Assembly: GCA_027592135.1 (NCBI GenBank)
Contig: JAQCIJ010000003.1
Span: 1-63,341, forward strand
Source of the DNA: a bacterium
Lineage (GTDB): Bacteria; Patescibacteriota; Gracilibacteria; Peribacterales; Peribacteraceae
Direction: 5' to 3'
DNA length: 63,341 bases
The stretch's first letter is position 1. Every line of letters begins with the position of its first letter. The position numbers were made by a program, and so were the translations under genes. The notes beneath the pieces are model-generated. The model ran no database searches. It worked only from the letters and a program-made list of their open reading frames with translations, and was not told the origin of the DNA. This document shows positions 46,529 through 55,234 of the stretch, piece after piece.

Positions 46529-46938
46529 AGCATGATTGTACTCACAATAAGCAAGAACATCACGATGACCCGTAGAAGAGGCAGGAACGGTGCGAGGAAT
46601 GTCAGGCTAAGACTGATACCAAAGAGAGAGATAGGTATCAGCAGGCAGGCAGGACAGAGCAGTGTGACGATACCCAGACTTCCTGCAATAGTAGATGCAC
46701 GCTTAGCGCCAACAGGACATGTACCTTGTTTTAGACGAAAGAACACGAGGCCTGCATCAAAGGAAAGTAGTGCAACGAGTACGCAAGTGTAGAGTAGTTC
46801 AAATTGTGTCGGGCTAGGCCGAGAGAGACGCGGTAGCATGTCACCAAAGTATCCAAGTTCCCAGGCAAAAAACGCACTAAGAGATAGCGCGCATAGTAGT
46901 AATGGGCTCCAGAAGTGTTTGGAATGTAGAAATGTCAT
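46501..46938 (-). CDS. hypothetical 4-TM protein with CPAC motif
   Basis: GTCP...LLCPACLL within TM segments. Confidence 0.65.
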   Translation of the reverse strand: MTFLHSKHFWSPLLLCALSLSAFFAWELGYFGDMLPRLSRPSPTQFELLYTCVLVALLSFDAGLVFFRLKQGTCPVGAKRASTIAGSLGIVTLLCPACLLIPISLFGISLSLTFLAPFLPLLRVIVMFLLIVSTIMLWPKNASSK

Positions 46939-46942
46939 ACAT

Positions 46943-47176
46943 CTATGATGCCTCGTTAAGACAGAATGGACAACCATTGCATTCACTCATGCTGCACGCC
47001 TCAGAATTGGTACATCCAATTTTCGTACATTGATCTTCTACAGGGCAGAAATAGTTATTTATAGAAGCGAGCTCGCCGTTTTTATTCAGGTATACCGTGT
47101 AGCCAATTGTCATGACGGCAATGGCTAAAACAACACTAAACCACGGTGACTGGAGCGCTTTGTTCATCTCTACCAT
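46943..47176 (-). CDS. small membrane-anchored Cys-rich protein
   Basis: One TM helix then seven Cys in the last 34 aa; TATTCT-N6-ATG. Confidence 0.6.
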   Translation of the reverse strand: MVEMNKALQSPWFSVVLAIAVMTIGYTVYLNKNGELASINNYFCPVEDQCTKIGCTNSEACSMSECNGCPFCLNEAS

Positions 47177-47276
47177 TTTAGCAGAATACTCCTCTTCTTA
47201 CAATGAAGCTCAAAAGGAAAAGAAGCTAAGGATTTACTCTTTAGCTTCTTTGTACTCCTTAACTTCTTCATCTTCT

Positions 47277-47687
47277 TTACTTAAGGGTAACGGTTGCACC
47301 GGCAGCCTCAAGGGTTGCTTTCATTGTAGCTGCATCGTCTTTTGGAACACCTTCCTTAATTACTTTCGGTGCACCATCAACTGCTGCTTTTGCTTCTCCA
47401 AGAGGGAGTCCTGTGATCTCACGAACCGCTTTAATAACAGCGATTTTCTGACCACCGGCTTCTGTGAGCTCTACGTCGTAGCTGTTCTTTTCTTCAGCAC
47501 CGCCTGCGTCTCCGCCAGCTGGTGCCCCTGCTGCCACTGCGACTGGTGCAGCTGCAGAAATGCCGTACTCTTCCTCCATGAACTTTACGACGTTGTTTAG
47601 TTGTACAACGTTAAGCTTCTCGACTGCGTCGATAACTGCTTTCTCCTCTTTGGAGAGTTCTCTTGTTGCTGTTGTGTCATCAGCCAT
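47277..47687 (-). CDS. rplL: 50S ribosomal protein L7/L12
   Basis: [20 protein letters not shown]...[23 protein letters not shown]. Confidence 0.97.
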   Translation of the reverse strand: MADDTTATRELSKEEKAVIDAVEKLNVVQLNNVVKFMEEEYGISAAAPVAVAAGAPAGGDAGGAEEKNSYDVELTEAGGQKIAVIKAVREITGLPLGEAKAAVDGAPKVIKEGVPKDDAATMKATLEAAGATVTLK

Positions 47688-47717
47688 GATGGATTAGGGG
47701 AAAAAAATAAATCAAAA

Positions 47718-48374
47718 TTAGGATGCTGTATCTTCTGACTCAGCAGGTGCTTCATCAGTTTTTGGTTCTTCAGTTAGTGGGGTCTCTTCTTGAGAGGATT
47801 CAGAAGTCTCTGTTACCTCTGCACTTTCTTTTTTAGCTTCCTCTTTTACAAATCCTCCTTTCTCTGCCATCTGATCTAGTGCACGTGCAAATCCTCCAAG
47901 TGGAGAAGTACAGATGCTTGCGAAGCTGACCAGTGGTGCGTTAAGCAATCCAACAAACATACCAAGAAGTTGTTCGCGTCCTGGCATCTGTGCAAGTTCC
48001 ATAGATTCATCAGCGCTCAGAAGTTTTCCATCGTATACACCTCCTACAAGTTTCACTTTGTTGTTTTGCTTACTAAACTTGAAAGCGGTCTGCGCACCAG
48101 AGAGAGGATCTTCATAACTCATAATACATGCGATAGGACCATCAATATCCTTTGGAGTGATATCTGGCAAACCTGCTTCTTTAAATGCTAGCTTGATGAG
48201 TGTCTTTTTCATTACCTTCATCTCTGATCCATTTTCACGCAGTTGATTACGTAAATCACTAACATCACTAACAGTTAATCCAATGAAGTGGCCAAACATT
48301 ACAGACTTCGTATCTTTGAGTTTTGTCGTAAGCTCTTTAATTTGTGCGGTCTTTTGATCTTTAGTGAGTGCCAT
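47718..48374 (-). CDS. rplJ: 50S ribosomal protein L10
   Basis: MALTK.QK, GLTV....LR..LR, V.KKTL..LA, LA.MP.REQL; acidic C-terminal extension. Confidence 0.95.
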   Translation of the reverse strand: MALTKDQKTAQIKELTTKLKDTKSVMFGHFIGLTVSDVSDLRNQLRENGSEMKVMKKTLIKLAFKEAGLPDITPKDIDGPIACIMSYEDPLSGAQTAFKFSKQNNKVKLVGGVYDGKLLSADESMELAQMPGREQLLGMFVGLLNAPLVSFASICTSPLGGFARALDQMAEKGGFVKEEAKKESAEVTETSESSQEETPLTEEPKTDEAPAESEDTAS

Positions 48375-48414
48375 AATTAGGGAATAGGGAGTTTGGAGTA
48401 GGGAAGGAGAGTTT

Positions 48415-48560
48415 AAAAAAAGTCTCCTGGGATGACCGGGAGACCAGCGAGGTAGACGACACGACTCAGCAAGCTAAAAGCCGACTGAACGATGCTGTAT
48501 ACCTCGGAGGGTCTAATTTGGGGCCATCAGCCTTGCGCCCTCGGTCTTCGGTCTTTACGG
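48415..48560 (-). promoter_or_regulatory. L10 leader RNA with terminator hairpin
   Basis: Minus strand AGACCGAAGACCGAGGG...CCCTCCGAGG...CCTCG..GGTCT, then GTCTCC..GGAGAC-TTTTT. Confidence 0.75.
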
Positions 48561-48615
48561 GATTTTATAGTATGCTTTTGTTTTAGCAAGTAAATACAGC
48601 TATATTTTATGCACT

Positions 48616-49059
48616 ATGAAAGTTCTTTTACAAAAAGTGACTACAGCATCGGTAACTGTCGATTCTGAACTTGTCGGTCAGATTGGTGTTGGATATCTCC
48701 TCTTTATTGGTATTGTCCGAGGGGATACATCTGCTCAGGCAGAGCTTATTGCAGAGAAGATTGTCAAAATACGCCTATTTGATGGTCCTGATGGAAAGAT
48801 CAACGATACATCTATACTGGATGCTGAAGGATCAATCTTAGTAATTTCACAGTTCACACTGGCTGGGAGGCTCGAAAAGGGGAATAGGCCAGACTATAGC
48901 CAGGCTGCTCTTCCAGAAGATGCAAAAGTACTCTATGAATATTTCATACGAAAATTAGAACAATTAGGTGTCGAGAAGGTGGAAAGTGGGGAATTTGGAG
49001 CATATATGGAGGTTTCGTTAGTAAATGATGGGCCGGTGACATTGATAGTAGAGAAATAG
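48616..49059 (+). CDS. dtd: D-aminoacyl-tRNA deacylase
   Basis: SQFTL, KGNRP, G.FGA.M.V.LVNDGPVT. Confidence 0.95.
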   Translation: MKVLLQKVTTASVTVDSELVGQIGVGYLLFIGIVRGDTSAQAELIAEKIVKIRLFDGPDGKINDTSILDAEGSILVISQFTLAGRLEKGNRPDYSQAALPEDAKVLYEYFIRKLEQLGVEKVESGEFGAYMEVSLVNDGPVTLIVEK

Positions 49060-49102
49060 GGGAGATAAGAGGAATAAGGGAAATAAGGGAAATAAGGGAA
49101 AT
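49056..49102. repeat. 9-mer tandem repeat (ATAAGGGAA-like)
   Basis: ATAGGGGAG ATAAGAGGA ATAAGGGAA ATAAGGGAA ATAAGGGAA. Confidence 0.8.
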
Positions 49103-49161
49103 ATCTGAAACCTCTGTATTTAATAGTCAGCCTGCATAAATATTGCTAGTATTCAAGTTCA

Positions 49162-51075
49162 ATGGCAAACGTCGTGAGTATTCAGTTGGCCCCAGTTCTC
49201 GATCGACTTGGTGAGTCTGGTGCATCGTATGATATCAAGAGGCTAGAGCTTGCATTTTCTACTGCTCAGTCTGCTTATGGTGATAGTGTTCACTGGACAG
49301 GTAAAACTGTTTTAGATCACACGCTTGGTATCCTTGAGGAAATTTCTCCATTTGAACCCGATGAAGATACGGTGGTGGCATGTTTGCTGCATCACGTTCT
49401 CGAGCAAAAGGCGATGACACTTGTAGAGCTTGAAGAGCAATTTGGTCCAAAGGTCCGATCTCTTGTTTCGGGAATTCATTTACTTTCGCATATCACACTC
49501 GAAGGTCGTCGCAGATCTATAGAAGATCTGCGTATTATGCTCCTTTCTGTTTCGGATGATATTCGTGTACTTCTTGTGATCTTCTGTGATCGTTCGCGCT
49601 GTTTTACATCTATAAAAACAATTGAACCCGCTCGTGCAAAGCGTCTTGCACAAGACGTATTACAACTCTTTGCACCAGTTGCTGCGCGTCTTGGTATTTA
49701 CAGTCTTAAGCACAGTCTTGAGAGTGAGGCTTTTCCGGTGCTCTATACATATGATTACGATCGTATTACCGAGCAACTGGAGCGCGTGTATCGAGAACGG
49801 CCAAATTTTTTACAACAATCACGAGATATATTGAAGAAGTTTCTTGCTGACCAAGGAATAGAAGCTGAAGTGGATTCACGTGAGAAGTATGCGTACAGTA
49901 TTTTTCAGAAGATGCGCCGCAAGTCACTAACAAACATAGAGGATATTTACGATCTCTTTGCCTTGCGTGTCATTGTTAAGAATGAAGAGGATTGTTATCG
50001 CGTCCTTGGTTTATTGCATAGACTTGGGAGGCCTTTGGCGAATAGATTTAAAGATTATATTGCATTCCCAAAGCCAAACGGATATCAGAGTTTACACACT
50101 ACGCTAGCAGGATTTGCAGACCTCCCAGAAAACTGTTATATGGAGGTGCAGATTCGTACTGCCAAAATGCATCGTCAAGCGCTATTTGGTGTGGCTGCTC
50201 ACTGGAGTTATAAAGAAAATGGTGCTACTGCAAGAGCCATAGAAAATGTGCAGCTGCATTCAATGCTTCTCAGCCAAGAGTCTGTTGATGGTGAAGGTGA
50301 AGATAGAGAAACCCAATCATTTGCGGATCATATTTTCGTTCTTACTCCTCGTGGAGATGTAGTAGAGTTGCCCGAAGGGGCTACACCTCTCGACTTTGCA
50401 TTCCAGGTACATACAGATTTGGGTCTTTCGTTTCGTGGTGCCAATGTAAATGGATCTATTGTTTCTATGGATTACCAGTTGGAAAACGGAGACGTAATCG
50501 AGATTCAAAAATACTCTTCTCCGAAACCCTCTACACAATGGATGCAAAATCTTCGTATGGCGAGTAGCCGTAGTAAGCTTCGAAGGTACTTGTATGCACA
50601 AGAGCGTCCACATCTTATATCTGTTGGAAAAGAGTTACTCGCTGCAGAGTTTAAGAAGAGGGGTATATCGCCACTGACCACAGACTTATCTATATTACGA
50701 TTGTGTGATGGTGAGACACTGAGTCTTTCAAAGCGAGAGGATGTACTTATGAAGATCGGCCAAGGATCAGAACGAGCAGCTTCCCTGATTCCACGCCTCG
50801 GACTTCTTACCGAAGAGCAAAGGGCAGTAGATGAAAATGAAAAACAGCCAGAAGAAAAGACAGATCGACTCCAGAGAAATGATTCATTGATCGCTATTGA
50901 AGGAGGATTGTCTATGCCCCTTAGGTATGCTAAATGCTGCTCTCCTCAAGACTGGCCTCATGAGCATATTGCAGGAAACATCAATCGTTTTGGTGAAGTG
51001 ATGGTACACAGGTCTCCTTGTCGTATGTACACAAACACCAATCCTGATAGACGGATTGCAGTTTCTTGGAAATAG
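49162..51075 (+). CDS. relA: RelA/SpoT homolog (p)ppGpp synthetase with degenerate hydrolase, TGS and ZFD but no ACT domain
   Basis: APVA.RLG, REK..YSIF.KM, DLFALRV, RFKDYI..PK.NGYQSLH, EVQIRT, GVAAHW.YK, GATPLDFAF.VH, AKCC.P. Confidence 0.9.
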   Translation: MANVVSIQLAPVLDRLGESGASYDIKRLELAFSTAQSAYGDSVHWTGKTVLDHTLGILEEISPFEPDEDTVVACLLHHVLEQKAMTLVELEEQFGPKVRSLVSGIHLLSHITLEGRRRSIEDLRIMLLSVSDDIRVLLVIFCDRSRCFTSIKTIEPARAKRLAQDVLQLFAPVAARLGIYSLKHSLESEAFPVLYTYDYDRITEQLERVYRERPNFLQQSRDILKKFLADQGIEAEVDSREKYAYSIFQKMRRKSLTNIEDIYDLFALRVIVKNEEDCYRVLGLLHRLGRPLANRFKDYIAFPKPNGYQSLHTTLAGFADLPENCYMEVQIRTAKMHRQALFGVAAHWSYKENGATARAIENVQLHSMLLSQESVDGEGEDRETQSFADHIFVLTPRGDVVELPEGATPLDFAFQVHTDLGLSFRGANVNGSIVSMDYQLENGDVIEIQKYSSPKPSTQWMQNLRMASSRSKLRRYLYAQERPHLISVGKELLAAEFKKRGISPLTTDLSILRLCDGETLSLSKREDVLMKIGQGSERAASLIPRLGLLTEEQRAVDENEKQPEEKTDRLQRNDSLIAIEGGLSMPLRYAKCCSPQDWPHEHIAGNINRFGEVMVHRSPCRMYTNTNPDRRIAVSWK

Positions 51076-51097
51076 AGACGTGGCCAGTGGCACGTCG

Positions 51098-52375
51098 TTA
51101 CTCCAGCATTCCTGCGAGCGCTTTTTCAACCTTTTTTTGCCACTTAAGCTGCTCGTATGCTTGAGCACCTTTTTGATATGCAGACTCTACTTCTCTGCGT
51201 TGATCAGGAGTTGCTTGCCCTAAGAATCCTTCGACAATTTGATCCATTTCCTCATCAGTAATATCGATATTCTTCTCTTCGACAAGTTGCTGCATCCCAA
51301 GGCGTAGTGTAAGACGTTGACTTGCTTGTTTTTTCATATCAGCGACAACTTCTTCTGGCTTTTTTCCGGAAGCTTGCATCCATTGCTCCATGTTCATTCC
51401 TTGCGTTGATAGCTGTTGCTCGAATTCGCCAACCATTTGTCGTGTCTCTTCATCAATCAATTCTTCTGCAAGATCTACTTTAGTACATTTTGTCAGTTCA
51501 TCCATAAGGACACGTTCGCGACGATTGTTCTCGAAAGACATCTCTTGCTGAACCATAGATTCTCGCATTTGTGTTTTAAAGTGTTCTACAGAGTCTGACT
51601 GTAGTTCTTTTTTTGCAAATTCATCGGTAAGTTCTGGTGTACTGACCTCTTCGATTTTTACGACAGTGACATGGAACGTTACAGGCTTGTTTTGTAACTG
51701 CTCTGCGTGATATTTCTCGGGGAAGGTAAGGGTGAACGCTTTCTCTTCACCTTTCTTTGTTCCTTTTAGGTTATCTTCGAACCCAGGGATCAGTACTTTT
51801 GATCCAATTTCTACCTCGTGTCCTTCTGTACGGATACCGTCGATTTCTTTCTTGTCTTCATCTGTTCCGTAGAAGTTCATGGTAATACGGTCTCCTGCTT
51901 TTGCTTCGCGATCTACTTCTGTCATCACTTTGTGCTTGTCTAACATGAAGTCGATCATCTTTTGAAATTCTTTATCGTCAACTTCTGGCTTTTTCTTTTC
52001 GATCTTGATTTTATCAACACCCTTTAGGGTAATGGTTGGCTTTTCGATGAAGATGATTTTTAGTGTGAGTGGTTCACGGCTAATAGCTTCTATTCTTGGG
52101 TGAATAATAGGTTTGATGTCGTGATCGGTGATCAGCTTTTCAAACGTAGGAGGTAAGATGTGGTGAACAGTTGCCTCAAATAACTTTTGAGGGTCGATCT
52201 TCTTTTTTGCCTGATCCATAGGAACGTTTCCTTTTCGAAACCCTGGTAGCTCTATATCACGACTGAGTTCGTGCAGAGCTTTTTCCTCTGCAGGAGTGAT
52301 TTGCGCTTCGGTGAACGTAACGGTACATTCGATGCGTCCACCTTTCAATTTTTTGATATCAGGAGTGTTAGACAT
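51098..52375 (-). CDS. tig: trigger factor
   Basis: PGFRKG.VP, FKBP domain LIPGFE..L.G, FPE.YHA..L..K.V.F.V. Confidence 0.95.
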   Translation of the reverse strand: MSNTPDIKKLKGGRIECTVTFTEAQITPAEEKALHELSRDIELPGFRKGNVPMDQAKKKIDPQKLFEATVHHILPPTFEKLITDHDIKPIIHPRIEAISREPLTLKIIFIEKPTITLKGVDKIKIEKKKPEVDDKEFQKMIDFMLDKHKVMTEVDREAKAGDRITMNFYGTDEDKKEIDGIRTEGHEVEIGSKVLIPGFEDNLKGTKKGEEKAFTLTFPEKYHAEQLQNKPVTFHVTVVKIEEVSTPELTDEFAKKELQSDSVEHFKTQMRESMVQQEMSFENNRRERVLMDELTKCTKVDLAEELIDEETRQMVGEFEQQLSTQGMNMEQWMQASGKKPEEVVADMKKQASQRLTLRLGMQQLVEEKNIDITDEEMDQIVEGFLGQATPDQRREVESAYQKGAQAYEQLKWQKKVEKALAGMLE

Positions 52376-52387
52376 GGTGAAGAGGGG

Positions 52388-53281
52388 TTAATTTTTCTTC
52401 TTCCAGTACACCAAGAGAGGAGTCGCGAGGAAGAGGGAAGAGTAGGTACCAATACTGGCACCAACGATGAGTGTAAGGACGAACCATCGTACACTCTCGG
52501 ATCCAAGAATAAAGAGACACGAAAGCATGATCAGTGTAGACACAGAAGTATTTACTGAACGCATAATACTCTGGCTAAGACTCCTATCTGCTACTGATGA
52601 AAACGCTTCTTTGCGACCCTGTTCTTGGAGATTATCTCGAATACGGTCGAAGATCACGATGGTGTCGTTAACGGAGTACCCAATAATTGTGAGGAGTGCA
52701 GTAATAAAGAGCGTATCAAACTCAAATGAGGTTACCTGGCTGATCAGAATAAAGATTCCTACAGTAATAAGAACGTCATGAATCAGGGTGACAACAGCGA
52801 TAATTCCAAATCTCCACGGAGAAAGCTTTCGAGGAACTTTACGGAAGGCAAAAGCGACGTAGAGAACAATGGCGATAGCAGCGATTCCGAGTGCCCAGAA
52901 TGATCGTTTCTTTAGTGACGCACCCACAGTCGGCCCGATAGTCGTAAATTGGAGCTCTCGGATGTTGCCGAGCTCTTTTCCAAGATGCTGCTGCAATGCA
53001 ATGTGCTCTGGGTTGCTGATATCACGCATACGCATAAGTACAGTACTGTCTTTTGTAAGAGAAAGGGCTACGTTTCCTAGCGGAGTCTCACTTTCAAATG
53101 CTGCTAGAGCGTCTTCTACAGTTATCTTCTCTGTTCCTGCTGGAAGACTAATTTCCATCATTGTTCCTCCAGTGAAATCAATACTCAGTTTTGGTCCTGG
53201 TACAAACAAAACAGCTACGCTTGTAACCATAAGTGCTGTAGACAGTCCTAGGAAGAATTTTGCTGGCTTGAGAAGTGACAT
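52388..53281 (-). CDS. secF: protein translocase subunit SecF
   Basis: SIDFTGG, IGPTVG, HDV, LTIIGYSVNDTIVIFDRIR, RSVNTS, GTYSS.F.A.P. Confidence 0.95.
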   Translation of the reverse strand: MSLLKPAKFFLGLSTALMVTSVAVLFVPGPKLSIDFTGGTMMEISLPAGTEKITVEDALAAFESETPLGNVALSLTKDSTVLMRMRDISNPEHIALQQHLGKELGNIRELQFTTIGPTVGASLKKRSFWALGIAAIAIVLYVAFAFRKVPRKLSPWRFGIIAVVTLIHDVLITVGIFILISQVTSFEFDTLFITALLTIIGYSVNDTIVIFDRIRDNLQEQGRKEAFSSVADRSLSQSIMRSVNTSVSTLIMLSCLFILGSESVRWFVLTLIVGASIGTYSSLFLATPLLVYWKKKN

Positions 53282-53330
53282 GAGAGTTACGAGTTACGAG
53301 TTACGAGAAAAATTCTGATTCAGTATCTAG

Positions 53331-54656
53331 TTATTCTCCAAGGATTTCCAGTAGTTGGAGGGGATTTTTAGAGGTTTTTAGAGAGACCTTTCGTATGGTT
53401 CCTTCGTGCTTTGAGGTGACAGTAAGCGTTCCTGTGCCAAATCTGCTATGAATATCTTTTTGTGTGATCGCGAGATAGGGAAGGATTTCGTCGATCTTTG
53501 AGAGATCTATTACTATTTTTGTAGAGTAGAGCACTTCTTCTATCCTCTGATGAGCAATAGCATGGGTAATTGCTGCCGCAGTAGAGCTCAGAAGATACGC
53601 ACTCCCCCTCGTTGCAGTGACAAGGCCTCTTTTTCTCCCCGAAAGCATGGTACTGCGAATGAGCCAACCATTTGTGGTGTATTGGTTTCGCTCTAGCATA
53701 GTGTCGTCATGTCGAATATCAATAGAGCTAAACCGTTTGTCGAGAATACGTTTTGTAATTGTCGATGAAGGCAGAGAGCTTTCGTACGCTGTATGCACTC
53801 TATCAAGTATGGTTTGTAGTTGGATAGTGTCATCCATCGATCCATCAATTAGGACATTAAGTAGAGATCCTGAACTATCAATTTGGATAGTGGAAGGTTG
53901 CTCCAGTAATGGAAGAAGGTCGTAACGAAAGCTTACGCGCTCTCCAAGTGTGGTGAGTGTTGTAGCCAGCACTCCTTCGAGAATTACTGCATCGTCTTCC
54001 GGTAGATTGTTCATTAGTGTATAAAAAGACCCCGCGAAGTTCCTTCCTGAAGCTCTTAGAAAAGCATCAGGCATGTTTGGAATTCTCATTGGGGTATTGG
54101 CAAACCCCGATCGATCTTGTGTGTGTGCGATATGTATTGCGTCACCATCGTACGTGACTGCAATGGCATTGCTGTCTTCTACAAGTAGCGCTTTACTTAT
54201 GCGAGAAAGTATATTTACACTTTGCCGTAGAGAAGAAGAGGGGAGGTATGTCCATGGTGTACCGTACCCCTGCTCTATCGCAAGCTTTCTAAATGTCGTA
54301 TCAGTGTTCAGGGAGTCTTGTTGATGATGCACTTGTTGCAGCACTTCTGGGCTGCTTGCATTGAGAGCATACGGGCTCGTCGGATCTGCAGAGAATATCA
54401 CAGCATCGAAACTTTCGAAGATCGCTATTGCTTGAGTATCTGTGGGTATCTGCTCTTCGATAAATGGGAATTGCCTGAGGGAATGCTCTGTTGGATGAAA
54501 GATAACCGCATGCACTCCCTCTTTTGGTAGGAAGTCAGCAGGGCCTTTTCCGAGTAAATTTACGTTCCATATAGCGCCAAAAAGACCCGCCACTATGAGG
54601 GCACTTGCAACCATTGCTGCAACAATCAAAATAGCTGTACGAAGCGAATGATTCAT
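53331..54656 (-). CDS. hypothetical membrane-anchored protein
   Basis: N-terminal TM helix and 441-aa open frame; TATGCT-N6-ATG. Confidence 0.7.
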   Translation of the reverse strand: MNHSLRTAILIVAAMVASALIVAGLFGAIWNVNLLGKGPADFLPKEGVHAVIFHPTEHSLRQFPFIEEQIPTDTQAIAIFESFDAVIFSADPTSPYALNASSPEVLQQVHHQQDSLNTDTTFRKLAIEQGYGTPWTYLPSSSLRQSVNILSRISKALLVEDSNAIAVTYDGDAIHIAHTQDRSGFANTPMRIPNMPDAFLRASGRNFAGSFYTLMNNLPEDDAVILEGVLATTLTTLGERVSFRYDLLPLLEQPSTIQIDSSGSLLNVLIDGSMDDTIQLQTILDRVHTAYESSLPSSTITKRILDKRFSSIDIRHDDTMLERNQYTTNGWLIRSTMLSGRKRGLVTATRGSAYLLSSTAAAITHAIAHQRIEEVLYSTKIVIDLSKIDEILPYLAITQKDIHSRFGTGTLTVTSKHEGTIRKVSLKTSKNPLQLLEILGE

Positions 54657-54688
54657 AGAATCAGCATAGCGTATTGCTAGGCCTCTGC

Positions 54689-55184
54689 TGAGGGGAGTGA
54701 ATAATAAATGTATTCATAACATCATCTTGTCGTACGTCCATTTCAATTGATTGCAGGTTTCGCTTATGCCACGTACAATAATCTGATTTGCTTCAAAAGG
54801 CGAATCAGACACAAAAACAGATCATTTACAACACACCAATACAAACAGAAACAAGGCCCCGGGAGGGCACTGCGCATGGACAACCGTGCTCACTGCCCTC
54901 TCTGCTCTGTGATGTCGTCTTATAGATGAGAGGTTGCTCTATAAGATGCTTCCCCTAATTCTCTATGGTTCCCTTAGCTCACGCTTTGTCTTGGAGTCTG
55001 TTCCGGAGGACTCGTCGGGTAGCGAGTATAAACGAGATACCGTAACAAGGCAGGAGTTCGAGATTACCTCATCTCACTATATCTTTCTTAGGCTCGTGAC
55101 TCCCTTCACTTAGAATAGTTACAGATAGCTACCGAAAGATTCAATGCAAAGAAGGCCAGAGTGTATAAGTTCTGGTCTTTTTTG
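54689..55184 (+). ncRNA. candidate large multi-domain structured RNA, family unknown
   Basis: Long-range closing helix, at least eight internal helices with plus-strand G-U pairs, and its own terminator. Confidence 0.55.
55148..55184 (+). terminator. intrinsic terminator, possibly bidirectional
   Basis: AAAGAAGGCCAGA-GTGTATAAGT-TCTGGTCTTTTTT. Confidence 0.8.
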
Positions 55185-55234
55185 TTTTATATACATGCGG
55201 GTGGGAACACCTGCGCTGCGAGAAAAAATATTTT

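Noticed and set aside
54747-54929. 60-aa ORF inside the structured region
   Set aside because: TTG start, no protein-like features, and it runs through hairpins.
54689-55184. tmRNA, RNase P RNA, group II intron or cobalamin riboswitch
   Set aside because: No tRNA-like ends or T-loop/CCA, no GAGGAAAGUCC, no domain V and no B12 box seen on either strand.
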